Of a DNA stretch of 64,000 bases, positions 11,391 to 25,074 are shown one piece after another. The translations under genes were made by a program, and so were the position numbers. Source of the stretch: Callorhinchus milii. Lineage: Eukaryota. A model generated the notes under the pieces. That model saw only the letters and a list, made by a program, of their open reading frames with translations, made no database searches and was not told where the DNA came from. The stretch lies in contig NW_024704742.1 in NCBI RefSeq assembly GCF_018977255.1, forward strand, positions 53,694,001 to 53,758,000. The letters run 5' to 3'. Each line of letters begins with the position of its first letter. The stretch's first letter is position 1.

Positions 11391-13268
11391 GCTCCAAACA
11401 ATCAGCTCATTGCTCAATTTCACTTGTCGCATACTTACTATTTGCAGTAGGATGACTGGCTAGTAATTAAGAAAGCAAACGCTGAAAAAAACAGTCAATC
11501 AAGAAGAAATCTAATTGTTTAATGGAGAAGCAATAGGACAATTGAGTCTGGTAAGGAAATCCAATATACGTCATACCGACACAGGAAGACACTGTACTGA
11601 TGTTTTACATCGGTTTCAACGTATCAGATATGTTATACATTCTGAAGCACTTTTGCTAGCTATCAAAAGACATTTACACAGTGCTTTTCCCATTCAAGAG
11701 AAATTTCAATTTCAACTCAATCATTATCTGATTGTTGCCCTTGCTATCCCATGGACAAGGGCTACCTGCAGAGATCCCACCTCTGGTTAAGATCAGCTAT
11801 CTCAGCATAGACAAGAGACCAAATCTTGGAGCACCCTAGTCTGAATTGTTCAGTGCCATACTTTTGAGTTACCAGCAGAGATTTTTGTGGTTTTTTTAAA
11901 ATACAGTAAAACTTGCATAGGTCTGATCTGTATATGTCGTATAATCACTCAAGTCGTACATTTGCCCAAGTCCTGTCCAAGAGTTTACATTCTATGCACG
12001 TTTGACTTAACTCATACTTTGCAATAAGTCATACTAAATGTATGGTTCCAACTGATATGACTTGTATAAGGTTTACTGTAGATGCCTGTCCTGCATTGAA
12101 CTGGGAACTATTGCCTCCATTTGAAGGGACACTGGTATTTATGTTAGCCTGGATTCTGAGGTCACTTTACTTGTTGGAATGATATATTATTTAGCAGCTG
12201 TGTATAAAAATAGCCTTGGTTTATATATAAAAACGACCAAGAGGCCAACAACAACAAATTGCATTTATATAGTACCCTTCACATCGGGAACATGGAACAA
12301 TGCCCACTGAATGGAGGGAACCAACAGATTGGTAAGGTTTTAGTAAGTCACAGAGGTAGGGAGCAAGGTATCTATTCCTAAATATTAATTTGAAACTTGA
12401 GCCCAAAACGTTTTGCCTCATGATGTTGATTTGTTTAAGTGGTCACTTGATCCTAAATGTGAAGTACTCCCAGTTTATTCATGTGAAAATCATAACCCGG
12501 TGTTGTATTGACATTATGATCCACACAATTTATTGTTCACTTTGCAAAATGCCCAATTCATCACAGCTCTAATTCCATAACTCAGCAGATTCCAGCCACA
12601 GAGTTTGTCATGTTAGATTTCCCCTTGTCGATGCACGACTGTGCATGTGAATTTCTGCAGTCACTGGGGCTGAAGTGAACAAAGGATAAAATGTTCACCT
12701 TCATTACTTGAACACAAGCCATTTAAAGATTAAAAAGACAGGCTTTTTTTATTTTAATTGGATTACTGAGAAACATGCACAATATAAAATGTTGATCTCC
12801 TGTCAGATACCTGCTAAGTGCCAGCTGCTGCAAATAATTTAATTGTGCTGAGAGGGTATTATAGATAAAATGGCCATCCCATTGGAACTCCAGTAGCAAA
12901 ACATGACACAAGTGAACATCAAATCGTTAATTCTGAAAAGGTAGGATGGCAAGAAGGAAACCATTTCATTAAGTGACACTGTACCAGAAGATATTTCAAA
13001 TAGTACTCATTGAAAAGGAGATATCAGAAGCTAAAGCCTTTTAAAATGAACGAGAGATAAGCTGTTTCTCCATTTAGAGAAGAAATAATACATCACTATC
13101 AACATGCTTTAAAGTAGATGTGAAGAGACTTAAGAGACTGCAATAAGATCTGCCATTAATCTTCAACCACTTGGTGATTCCCACATATGAGAATCATGCC
13201 ATGCTTTCTTTAGGTGAGAGATGAAGTGATTCAAACTGGAATATACATTCACACAAGCACAAACTTAC

Positions 13269-13356
13269 CGACTGTCAGCTGCCCTGTAATCTGTCCAAGG
13301 TTATTGCGTGCATTCACGGTTACATTTCTGTCAGACTGCAACATCAGTGGGCTGTC
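13269..13356 (-). CDS. SGCZ: Zeta-sarcoglycan next coding exon (88 nt, phase 0-1)
   Basis: Minus strand reads cattatttctcag|GACAGC...ACAGTCG|gtaagt. It encodes DSPLMLQSDRNVTVNARNNLGQITGQLTV+G, includes the N-glycosylation sequon NVT, and joins in frame to the 102-nt exon. Confidence 0.95.
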
Positions 13357-15414
13357 CTGAGAAATAATGACAAGAGGGGAAACATGGGGTGGGGAAAGAT
13401 AAAAGAAAAATATATACCGAGGTGAGTTTGGCATAAGCAGTACAAAATAATCAGAACAGGCTTATTGACATTCCCTTTAAACTAGGAAAACAAATAAAGA
13501 CTTATAGAACATCTATTTTGCTCAGATTAGTACTTTTTCAAATCTGTATTGTTCTTCATTGTTCACCTGCAAGTTGTTTTCTTAATGCAACTAATTAATC
13601 ATTGGATTAAGAATGAATTATTTCTTAAACCGCATTTCAGTTGTTAATACATAATTTACTGAAACCATTAAACAAGCAAAGGAGCAATAAATACTAAACA
13701 CCCACAGCTTTTCAGATTGACAAATATCCAAGTTAAGACAGTCATCTAACAACATGATCCTCAGCATCTAATACATTCTGTAAGCTTTGGTGCATTCAAC
13801 CTGAATTTTGATGGTGGCAATGTTCCTTCTTGGCAACGTTCTTAACTGATTGAACAGCAAGATCAGTACAGATGAAGAAGGCCCTTTGGCCCATCTGATT
13901 TCAGCCTTCCCGAACACCCATTCTACCTTCCACCTATCACAGGATCCAGCTGTTTTTTTTAAAAATGAGTCTGGTGTCCTGATAACTTGTTCTAGTCATT
14001 ATTAATAATAATCCTTATATTTGATATAATGCCTTACTGCATCATCAAGATGTCTCATAACTCTTCACAGGATATACTGAAAGTGATGTGGCTGTGTGTA
14101 TTATGTGGGTGAACTATATGCAGTAATTCGAGGTGTGGTCTGACCAGACCGCTATACAGCTTGAGTATGAAGTCTGGGAATCTAAACACAACTGTTTTAA
14201 CAATACAGCCTAGCCTTCTGTTTCCAATGTATTCGTTTATTAATGATTAAATAGTACAAACCTAGAAATAAATAACACAAACAAGACATGTAGGCAATGT
14301 GGCAGTGTTGCTGTTTGATCGCTTTTGCAGCTTCAATCATTAAGAAAACAGACCTTGAAAGAACCTTCCAACAGTCCAAAGCTTGCTGTTCAAATGAAGT
14401 CATTGCATCAGTGATAATGACTAATTTGTCCCGATCCAAGAAGTTATGTTGTTCAGCCGACAGAAACCCATCGTCACGCTTGAGAGTAACCAAACGAGAC
14501 AGAGTTTCATATATGTATGCCACCTACACATGGAAATTTTAATTTGGAATAGAATGGAATGCCCACTTTCACTAGAGAGAAAAAAAAACTAATTTGAGAA
14601 AATATTAGATGCAGGTTAGCAAGACACAAGACTAGCTAGCTAAAACTGTATAGCTTGCTACTGCAAACACTGGCTGATCCACTCAAGAAAAGTATTTCTT
14701 GAATCCATAAAGTTGCCCTTGATCTCTGATCCAGTGCTTCAAATAGATGTCATACATGGATCAAACCTTTAATCCTGTCTTCAATCTAGAATGTTCGGAT
14801 CTGTTTGAGGATTATACAGCTACATACTGGGTTGAAGATCACTCAAAGGGCATAATTGCTGGAAAAATAATCTCCAATGTTAGCTCTTATCTTTTGCAGG
14901 GAAGACCCTGTCTGTCATACCAATACAACAGCTTGAACAGGAGATCTCATCAAAGCTAAAGTCTCTTGAGTTGACATTACGTACATGGTATTCCCTGTAG
15001 AAAACTTATTTTATACCATTATACCACTAGCTACTCTCTAATTAAAACTGGAACGTTTTAATCCCTGAAGTGTTCACAACAACATTAAAAGCCATAGATG
15101 TGAACCATTGATATTAGCAATCACAGACTGCTGACAATTAAAAACAATTACAAGGTGCATTATCTCAAATTGTGTACCCCAAGTATAACTGGCTTCTTTA
15201 TAGCTGTAGTTAAGTAAAAAAGTGTTTGAGGTGTAGATCCATTTCATTGTGCATGTTCAATCAGCTCACTAGCTTCCTGTGTCCAGCCAGCTGTCTCCAA
15301 TGTTAAAATGGCTGTCTTCTAGGATATCAGTTCACTATTGAGACTGTAGCATATGTAAAGATCTGATAAATAGGAAGTTGGCCATTTTAGGTTCTTGTGT
15401 GTTAAAAATAATGG

Positions 15415-16160
15415 ACGTCCAGGTCATCAGGTCATTGCTTCACTACACTAACTCTCTGCTCTAGCCAAACATCCCGACTCTTCCGTCCACAAGCTGCAGA
15501 CCATTCAGAACTCCGCAGCTTGTGTTCTCTTCCGCACCAGGCTCCATGAAGCCTATCACCTCCATTCTTGTCCTGCTCCACAAGCTCTCAACCCCCAGAG
15601 GATTGAGTTAAAGAGCCTCGTCATCACTTTTAAAGCACGCCACCATCTTGCTGATCCTAAATTAGTGACCTTTTAAAGCTATACTAACCCACTTGCTCTC
15701 TCCACTCGGTAGGCACTGGTCTGCTTCACACTTCTGCCTTGCCTGTCCCACCATCGGCAGTCAGGCCTTCAGCCTATCTGCCCCCAACCACTAGAATTCC
15801 ATCCCGGAGTACCTTCACTCTCCTCCCTTGCCTCCTTCAAGGTCTGCCTTAAGACCTTCCTCTTTGACCATGCCTTCAGTCATCCTTCAGATGAAACATT
15901 AAACCAAGGTTCTGTCTGCCTGTTCAACTGGATATGAAAGGAACTATTCCAAAAGATAAGTGCCCTTTCTTCTGGTGCCCAATGACCCCCCTGAATAAAA
16001 TTTGTCATTAACTTCATGACTCTACGTGGGTTATTGCTCTCCCCAAATTTGCTGCTGCATCTGTCTATGTATGACGCAATCACTACGCTTTACAGTGAAT
16101 GTGAAGTGCTTTGAGATGTGCTCCCACATGATAAGCACTCCATCAAATGTAAGTTTTTTT
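15415..16160 (+). mobile_element. Old L2 ORF2 C-terminal fragment (15415-15885) joined to a Deu-like SINE 3' part (15886-16160)
   Basis: cacaagctgcagaccattcagaactccgcagct and cttaagaccttcctctttgacc match the young L2 copies; then cagatgaaacattaaaccaagg..aaatttgctgctgc, the SINE body. Confidence 0.75.
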
Positions 16161-17914
16161 ATATAAATGAAGCAAAAGGGGCTTCTTCACCGGAACCAAT
16201 CCTGTGATCTTGTGAAGTGAAGTGATTGTTCCTTCAGAGAGACAATATACCCATTAGAGGTTCCTTACCTTTATCTGTTATTAAGCAGAAAAGCAACTCC
16301 ATTTGCAAACTTGCCAACTTTGGATAAGAAACAATGCTATGCATGTATCGCTGTTATATTGTAATTTCAGTCAGAAGATGCTGATAGCATTTCAGTCTGA
16401 AGCAGAAAAGGATGAAAACTGTGGTGACTACAATTTGTTTTGGAGGAAACAATTGTGCTCCCAAATCCTATAAAGAAAATTAGATGTACATTCACAATGC
16501 TTCACAACGTTTCAGAAGAGGTCACTATTCCCCTGATGGCATCAGAAGCTTATAAAAACAAATATTGAATATAATTTCAGACTGAAACCTATCTTCATTA
16601 ACCTTGACAAATGACTTGATAGCTCTGCAGGCATTGCAATTCTGCAGTTAACTGGAAGATTGATGGGTTAGGTACAGTGTACATTCTAGTATGCATTCTA
16701 TATTACTACTGTAGTTTGAACATTATGGACAAGTCAGTGACCAAACCACAGTCTAAGTATAAAAGCTTCTCTTAATATGGTGAGGACAGAGGGGTAGGTG
16801 AGTCAATCATCTTATACAATGTTATAATTAACAGACAGAATCGACAAATAATGGCAGAAGCAAATTAATATCAAACTGGAATAGAAAGAGAAAGGAAGAG
16901 TAGATGAAGGTAACTGGAAGGGAAGTATAGGCACTGGCAGTGAGAGAGAGAGAGCAGATATATAAACCCAGAAATTTAGAAAGAATGAAAATGAAAGAAA
17001 AAAATATATAAAGGAGCATGTGAAAAGGGATGAGAATCAAATAAAAATAAAATAAAACACTATTGTATTAGATTTAAACTTAGAAGACTACAGCAAACTC
17101 CTAATAACAAGACCACTACCTCTGAAGTAGCCATGCTATCTATATCCTTGCCATTTTCCATGCAAAATATTAATAAGGGACTCTGCTCGACTTGTCCGTC
17201 CATCCCCTCTCCCCCCCACCTCCCTCCCCACCCTCCACCCTTCTTGATTCCATCCCCCAGCTCACGTGCAACACCTTCATTGTCCTTCCAATGTGAAGTG
17301 CGCTACGTAAATGCAATTTGTTATTGTAATAGTGCCCCTGTGTGGCCCGGGAAGACTTTTGCCTAACCAGCCACTCTGGATAACTAGTCACCGAGGCCCT
17401 TTTCCTTGAAGTGATGAGTTATCAGGAATTCACTATATTTGCTCTGTAAGTTTAATTAGAATGTAAATTTGTGATGTGATAATTATCTTAACCTAACATC
17501 TGTTCTTGGTGATAGCTTTGGAAGGGAACAATCCCAAGTTCAGGAGTTATTATTAATTATTATGATGCTGATGATGTCATGAGTCAAGTGATAATTATTA
17601 TATTACAAATCAAATGTTCCCATTAATATACCAGAACATTATAAAGACAAGTTTGATTAGGGTCAATTTTGTAATATTTCTCAATTAAGAAATGAGGACT
17701 GAGATATTTCTGGTTACTGGAGGGAGTCACAAATCGCATTGAGAAATGAAGCAAAATTGACCTCAATGTTTCCATTCTTCTTCCTGGTGTAGCCAGAGTC
17801 CCAAGATCATTTTGGAGGGGGACATGTATCTTTCTTCCACAGGATTTGACTGTTTTAGATACTGTTCTTCATAGTGTCCACTAATCATGACTAACCATGC
17901 AAATGTTATGTTAA

Positions 17915-18280
17915 GGTCTCAGCTTGGTTCAGTTGGTAGGCTTCTTATTTCTGAGTCAGAAGGTTGTTAGTTTAAGTCCTACATTCAAACTTTGAGGTCA
18001 CAGTCTGACAATCCAGTGCAGTGCTTGGAGTGCCATCCTTTGAATGAGATGTAAACTAAGTTCCCACCTCTCTTTTCAGATATATATTAAAGATTCAATA
18101 ACACTATTTAAAAAGGAATATCCTGCCCAAGAATCATCCAAGTAAATTGATCAGTCAATTCATCTTTGTTTGCCTACAAGTGCACAATTATTACATTTGG
18201 TAGCAATTGCTATAGAAGTGTTTTCAGATGTTTCAACATTATAGGTGCTATGTCAAATACAAGGATTCTTATTATTATGT
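17915..18280 (+). mobile_element. Near full-length, diverged long tRNA-derived SINE
   Basis: Head cagcttggttcagttggtag..tctgagtcagaaggttgttagtttaagtc; tail tatgtcaaatacaaggattcttattatt. Confidence 0.7.
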
Positions 18281-19607
18281 AGCACATTATTATCTTTCTC
18301 AAGAGACTCATTGGGCTTGATGTTGAAACAGATTTGATTTTGGTGAAGCAATGTAATTTTGAGTAAGGTTTGTAGCTCCTGTGATCTTATGGATAATAGC
18401 TTTTCATCATAATGAGCTCAGTATGAAAATAATTTTGCCTGTACTTTTGCCTGACCATTTTGCCTGATCCTCCCTTCAACTAAAGCATGTTCACTGTTTT
18501 GCTTGTGCTGTAAAACACTGTTTAATCGGTCACCATGGGATCTATAGTGAAGTGGAGAAACATTGAACCCTTTGCATATGATACATTGTAAACTGAACAG
18601 GCTGTCCTCTCCTTTAGATTTCAGATCAAAATCTTTCAAAGGTTTACCTTGCCTGGATAGGTTGCCAACTCAATACTTGGAACTTTGTGAGGTCCCCAAT
18701 GAAAGATATATCCAGGACTGAATTTAACTTAGTTTACAGGGTACACCATTAAAAATGTTCCATTGATAACTATTGTGAGATTGTCAGGCCCTGCAACACC
18801 ATCAAAAGATGAGAGGTTATTGAGAAGACGATGGATGTTTATAAGACAAAGAGTAAATTTGCAATCCAAGAGTGCAGAAAGCAAGTTTGGTTAAAGACAT
18901 AACCAGTGCTGTCTCCTGTGAAGGCTCTAATCAAACAGTCTTGCATTTCCTTCCTTACAATGACAATCATATAGTTAATTAGATTGTATGCCTAAATACT
19001 AAAAGTGTTTTGTCAGGAAATGCCTGGCAATATAATCTTGTTCGTTGAAGTTTTGGAGCTGTCCTCTACCAGAATGTCTAGCTCAAGCTTTTTACTCTTT
19101 AAGTAAATGATTTGAAAGTGCTATCTTCTTTTCTGCTTTACAATACAGACTATTTTTATAAAAACATGCCTTAAGGAGAGGAGACATGCTGTTTGTTCAG
19201 GCAGCAAAACCAACACGTCAAAGTACTATGAAAGATTGGAAGAAGTTTAAAGCTTCCAAAGGACATTGACATTTGTAGGTAGCAGCAGTTGTGTATGAAA
19301 CAATCCTCCAAAAAGAAGAAATTGCACTAGTTTGGACCACAATTCACTGTTAACTGGATTTCTTACACAGGATTTCTTCCAACTTGAAAATCAGTTGCTG
19401 ATAAATCTAACTCTTCAGTTTAATAATACTCTCCACCACCAAGGAACCATGGAAAATAGCATCAACCTAATTTAGAAAGTGTTTCAACTTCTAACCCACA
19501 TGGTAGTCAGAAATCTTTCAAAACTCTTGACTTTTATTATTACAAATTACTCTGGATACTTAATTTGTTTAGCATTAGTAATGGGTATTTATCTGCTTTT
19601 TGCAGTG

Positions 19608-21155
19608 TTTGGTCAGCCAGGTTTATGACACATGCAGAAACCCATCACCATTCTTTACAGTATCTAATGTAAACTAAGTCCCTCCATGCTACTTACACAT
19701 TGATGTTCCTAGCTCTGGAATGGAATCTCCGTGGAGACACAATCTGCTTTCCTAATTGTAGAGGGTATTAGCTATAGATTGGCAAGAGCCAAGGCTTGGA
19801 ACTCCAGGGTATGTGTTGGGGTATTGCTGGAGTTTAACCAGCAAAATCTAATTAGCTTGCCATTGAAAGCACTGCCTGGCAATTTCCCGCAGCTTGTCCA
19901 GCTAGGATTACCATATCCATCAGAGGTTTAGATCAGTTAACAGGACCTGAGTGGGAAGAATCTTTGCTCCCAGTCTGACCCTCCAGGGCATGCCCTGAAG
20001 TACAACAACAACAACAACAAGATTCCATTTATAGAGCGCCTTTCACGTCAGGAGGACGTCCCAAGGCGCTGCACAGTTGGGTCATGACCCGAGCAGGGGG
20101 AAATGGTCAGGGTGAGGGGAGGGAAGGGAGGGAGAGAGGAGGGGGAAATGGTCAGGGTGAGGGGAGGGAAGGGAGGGAGCGAGGAGGAGGAAGAGAGTCG
20201 AGAGGGGAGCTGAAGGCACGGTCAAAGAGAAAGGTTTTGAGACCGGCCTTGAAGGAGGAAAGGGAGGAAGCAAGGCGAAGGCACTGGGGATGGAGTTCCA
20301 GAGCCTCGGGGCTGAGAGGCTGAAGGCCCGACCACCGATAGTAGGGCGGTTGGGGCGGGGGACGTGGAGCAGACCGGAGCCAGAGGAACGGAGGGTACGG
20401 GCAGGTAGGTAGGGGGATAGTAGGTTGGAGAGGTAGGAGGGAGCAAGGCCGTGAATGGCCTTGTAGGTGAGGATGAGGATCTTGAAATCAATCCTCTGGG
20501 GGATGGGGAGCCAGTGGAGGCGAGCGAGGGTAGGAGTGATGTGGTCCCGAAGCCTGGTGCGGGACAGTACACGAGCTGCAGAGTTCTGAATGACCTGCAG
20601 CTTGTGGAGGAGGTGCCGGAAGGCCGGCGAGGAGAGAGTTCCCATAGTCCAGCCTTGAGGTGACAAAGGCGTGAACCAGGGTTTCAGCGGCGTGAGGGGT
20701 GAGGTAGTGCCGTAATCTGGCGATATTCCGGAGGTGATGGAAGGCGGTGCCAGTTGTGGTGCGGATGTGAGGGAGAAAGGACAGCTCAGGGTCGAACAAA
20801 ACGCCGAGGTTCCTGACTGGCTTTGAGAGGTGGAGAGTGCAGCCTTGGATGCTGATGGTGTCAGCGCCTGAGGTGCAGAGGCGCTGACGTGAGCCAATCA
20901 GGAGGGCCTCGGTTTTTCGCACGTTGAGCTGAAGAAAGTTGTCTCTCGTCCAGGACTCGATGTCGGACAGGCAGGCTGCCCATGCTTAGCGCAGGAACCT
21001 GACTACCAAGTTTGCCAAAGAGGTTTGACTCGATTCGAACATTCTGTTGCCAAGCACGTCACCTTGGAGCAAATTCATCTCCAAGGAGACCCTGCTTATC
21101 TCATCCCCAAGGTGAATATACATCGAATTGAGTGGGTAACAGGCACACCCTGCCT
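19608..21155 (-). repeat. Unassigned hairpin-rich interspersed repeat, longest copy (split by L2 at 20002-20980)
   Basis: Collinear similarity to 14445-14578, 34575-34752, 39186-39552, 40589-41122, 44904-45256 and 49950-49997. Strand is assigned from the terminal hairpin plus A-tract on the minus strand. Confidence 0.8.
20002..20980 (-). mobile_element. Young L2 LINE, 5'-truncated
   Basis: [53 protein letters not shown]; (CAA)n tail; near-identical to 57413-58340. Confidence 0.95.
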
Positions 21156-22579
21156 TTTGCATCTAATGTTAAAAACAATAGGTCAGAGATGGCAGAGGTG
21201 AAAAATAAGGTAAAACTCACTCTATAATACCCTGACCAATTACCCCAGCCCAGCTTCAGAAAAGCCTTCTGACTGCATCAGTGTTATCCCTTTGCCTGGA
21301 GCTCCATTCTTTTAGACTATGTGTTTGTAATTGATGTAAAATTAAGGACAATTTCCATTGTGTCAGTAGGGGTTGCTCAAACTGGTTTCACTTAGCATCC
21401 ATATCCGCACAGCTGCCTTTGAACTACAGGTTTTATCTTATTGTTCTGAGTGGTTTGTACCTAGAACATCTGTTCCTAATAAATCTGAGGCTAAAGCGAC
21501 AATGGATTTGAGTAGAACAGAAAGCTGTTTCCATTGTGCTGAGGAGATACATTTAGGATCTACAGTGCAATATTCACTAAAGAATTTAAAAATGCAAAAT
21601 TAAATGCAAAATGCAAGGAGTATTATTACTATTATTATATAAAATGATTTGCAAGCAACATCCCCATCCAATGAACACGAAGGTGCCCTCAGTACAGATG
21701 AGCTGAAATTCTTTACAAATAACCAGGACAAGACAAGTGATCATAGCAGTATGACATAGAGGGAATCCTCAATGGTAGGGGAGAGTATGGCAGAATCCTT
21801 GGTGCCGAGAGGGGGGAATCCTCAGCAGTGAGACTTAGAGAATCCTTGAGAGAGAGAATGTGTGTGTGTTGGGGGGATGGGGGGGAAGGCATTACACCAC
21901 ATGACTGGGGGAAGCACTCAGAAATGTGACTGAGAGTTTGAGCCCTGCAGACAATTACAAAATCAGTTTGAATAATGATAGATAAAATTGGAAGTATAGA
22001 GGTGTGATTTATTGAAATAATGTTCCTCATATAGGTTTTGATGTAGAGCAGAATATTCTTTGAGAAAAATGTGAATGCTACATGTACATTTCTCAAATAC
22101 CATTTTTGATATTCGAGACATGTACATGAGATATTTGAGACATGTTTATGCAGTACATAAAATTAAAATCAATATTGATTTTATCACATAATTATTTGAC
22201 AAGTCAAGTCAAAGTTCTTTTAGCTCTGAGTCACTCTCTGAAGCCATGTTCTGTGCAGGTCAAAAACGAACCTGACCTTTGCGTAGAGCCATTATTTTAC
22301 TTCCAATACAATTATTAATTGATAATATGTTAAATGATGGAGAAGAACCAAAGGAAATCTAAAAAAGATAAAGTGAATCTGAAAATTGCCATCTAGTCTC
22401 TCCAATTTTCTCACTTATACTCACTTCTATGGATGTACAAACCATTTTGTCTGGGTCTTGACCTTATATTTTAAAAACGGATATGTTTGAAGCATTCCTT
22501 TTCTGCATTATCCTTCACTGAGAATACAAATCCCCAGATACGTAAACTCAACCACTGTTTCCAACTGTTTTTTATTGTT

Positions 22580-23065
22580 ATAACAAAAACAACAACAAGA
22601 TTGCATTTATAAAGCGCCTTTCACGTCGGGAAGATGTCCCAAGGCGCTGGACAGTTGGGTCGGGACCCGAGCAGGGGGAAATGGTGAGGGAAGGGAAGGG
22701 AGGGAGCGAGGAGGGGGTAGAGAGTCGAGAGGGGAGCTGAAGGCACGGTTGTAGAGAAAGGTCTTAAGCCCGGCCTTGAAGGAGGAAAGGGAGGAAGCAA
22801 GGCGAAGGCACTGGGGGATGGAGTTCCAGAGCCGAGGGGCTGAGAGGCTGAAAGCCCGGCCACCGATGGTAGGACGGTTAGGGCGGGGGGTGTGGAGCAG
22901 ACCGGAGCCAGAGGAACGGAGGATACGGGCAGGTAAGTAGGGGGATAGTAGGTCGGAGAGGTAGGAGGGTGCAAGGCCGTGAATGGCCTTGTAGGTGAGG
23001 ATGAGGATCTTGAATTCGATCCTCTGGGAGATGGGGAGCCAGTGGAGGTGAGCGAGTGATGTGAT
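22580..23065 (-). mobile_element. Young L2 LINE 3' end
   Basis: LHWLPISQRIEFKILILTYKAIHGLAPSYLSDLL..GGRAFSLSAPRLWNSIP; (CAA)n tail. Confidence 0.95.
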
Positions 23066-23299
23066 CATTTACTGTTAATTTACTGTTAATGTCCAGTACT
23101 GATTTACTGTTAATGTCCAGTTTCTTCTGTCTTCCTTTGTCCTTCCATGCTCTTCCCTCCGCTGTGAGTATAATGTTGGTCTCTGTGAAACTGATGGTGA
23201 ACTCCTACTTTTTAATAATCCTACTCTTTTTATGAGATTTAGCACTGAATCTCAATTAAATCCTCAAAGTGCTTTTGGCATCTAATTACTTGGACAGAA

Positions 23300-24400
23300 A
23301 TTATTTGCATTTCTTTTTAGCAGCTTATCATGTTAAAATGCGTCAAAACACTTCACAGGTAATTACTGGCAGATCTAGTGATTGTTGTTGGTAGGCAATA
23401 CACAGCAGCCCCCATTTACGCTTGCAAAGTTCCATAAACAGCCGTGAGATAAATGTTCAGGATTGTTGTCCAGAACACTATGAGAAACTTCCTTCTTGTT
23501 TTGAATATTATCCTGGGATTCTTAACATCTGTTTGAAAAGGAAGATGGGATTTTAGTTTAATTGATATCATCCAATTATTATGCTAATGACAGTACCTCC
23601 AAAAATCCAGTTCTACCAAAGTACTGCACTAGAGTGCAAAACAACTGTTAGTTTAACAACAAAAACAACAAATTACAATTGTATAATGCCTTTCATGTCA
23701 GGAGAACGTCCCAAGGTGCTGGACAGTCAGAGATCTGCACCCGAGCTGGTGGTTGGGATCAGGAGGGTTAGAGGCAGGGAATGCAGGGGTAGGAGGGTGA
23801 CCGAAGGCACGGTCGTAGAGGAGGGTCTTGAGAGGGGTCTTGAATGAGGGGCAAGAAAGGGGATGAGGCAGAGGGACTGTGAGATGGACTTCCATAGGAT
23901 GGGGGCGGAGGGGCTGAAGACCCACCCCAATGGAAGGCATATGGGAATCGGGATATATAATGTAGTGCAGACCCCCAAGCCAGGGAGATACAGACATACA
24001 CTGAGAGAGACTCTCACTACAGCAAACATTTAATCCCAGGCGGGGGAGAAAACCTAGAACAGTAACTCAACAACCGCAGAAGGGTGCAGGTACCTCGGTT
24101 CATGGGCAATATCTACCAGTCCACGCTTTGCCTACCTGTTCAGTTGAACGCTAAAGATTCCTTGGCATTATTGGGAAGAAGAAGGAAGTTTTTCCTAGTG
24201 TCCTGGTCAACAATCCCTCAGAATACAAAAAATAGTCATCACTTCATGGCTGTTTGTGAGATATTGCTGTGTGCAAATTGGCTGCCATGTTTAGCTACAA
24301 ATACAGTCACTACACTTCACAGTAAAATCTTGTGAAGTAGTTTAAGACATCTCAATGACGTGACAAGGAACTATATCAAATACAAGGATTAATTAGTTTA
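23300..24400. mobile_element. Cluster: SINE (-, ~23300-23640), L2 3' end (-, ~23655-23975), SINE (+, ~24110-24400)
   Basis: Deu-like core atggctgtttgtgagatattgctgtgtgcaaattggctgcc at ~24246; L2 peptide LKTLLYDRAFG. Confidence 0.75.
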
Positions 24401-25074
24401 TTTATCTTCATACACACCAGTGAGTTTCCATGACTAAAATATACAAAATTTAAGTCAAGAACATTTTCACAACAAACACAATTTTATGCGATTGGATTTA
24501 ATACAATAAACACATGTCTATGTTTGTATTTACTGATAATAAAGGTTGGCATTTTATTCAATTAAACTGCAATTTTAAATAACTCCAATGTGACGATCAG
24601 TGCATGTGGCACATTGTTCATTTGCACTCTTCACTATCTATTGACTAAGTGGATATGACTACAGAAGCAACTAAATATTATAACTAAAATCTACATAGAC
24701 TATCGAGCAATGAGAAACTTACAATCCACTTAGTTTTAACTGTAAAATAATCTTACTTTAATTCATGCAATTAACTGCATTGTATGAATTAAACTACTAT
24801 AATTTAGGCTTTCCAATGTTGTTGCAAAATAATTTTGCTACAATAAAAATAGCATTGCCCTGTTTCCCTATATTAAGAACATTACTTTTTTCCCCTCAAA
24901 TTTATATCTCTTCTGCCTTTTCATTTTTAGTTCATTGATAGTTCTAACTGTCGTTCTGTGAATTGATCTGGCAGCATCTGATCATATTATTTTGAGAAAG
25001 AAACATTACACTCATAGTGTGAGAATGAATCTTGATGCTTGGTTTCAAATTTGCTAATATTTCATGGTCAAACT

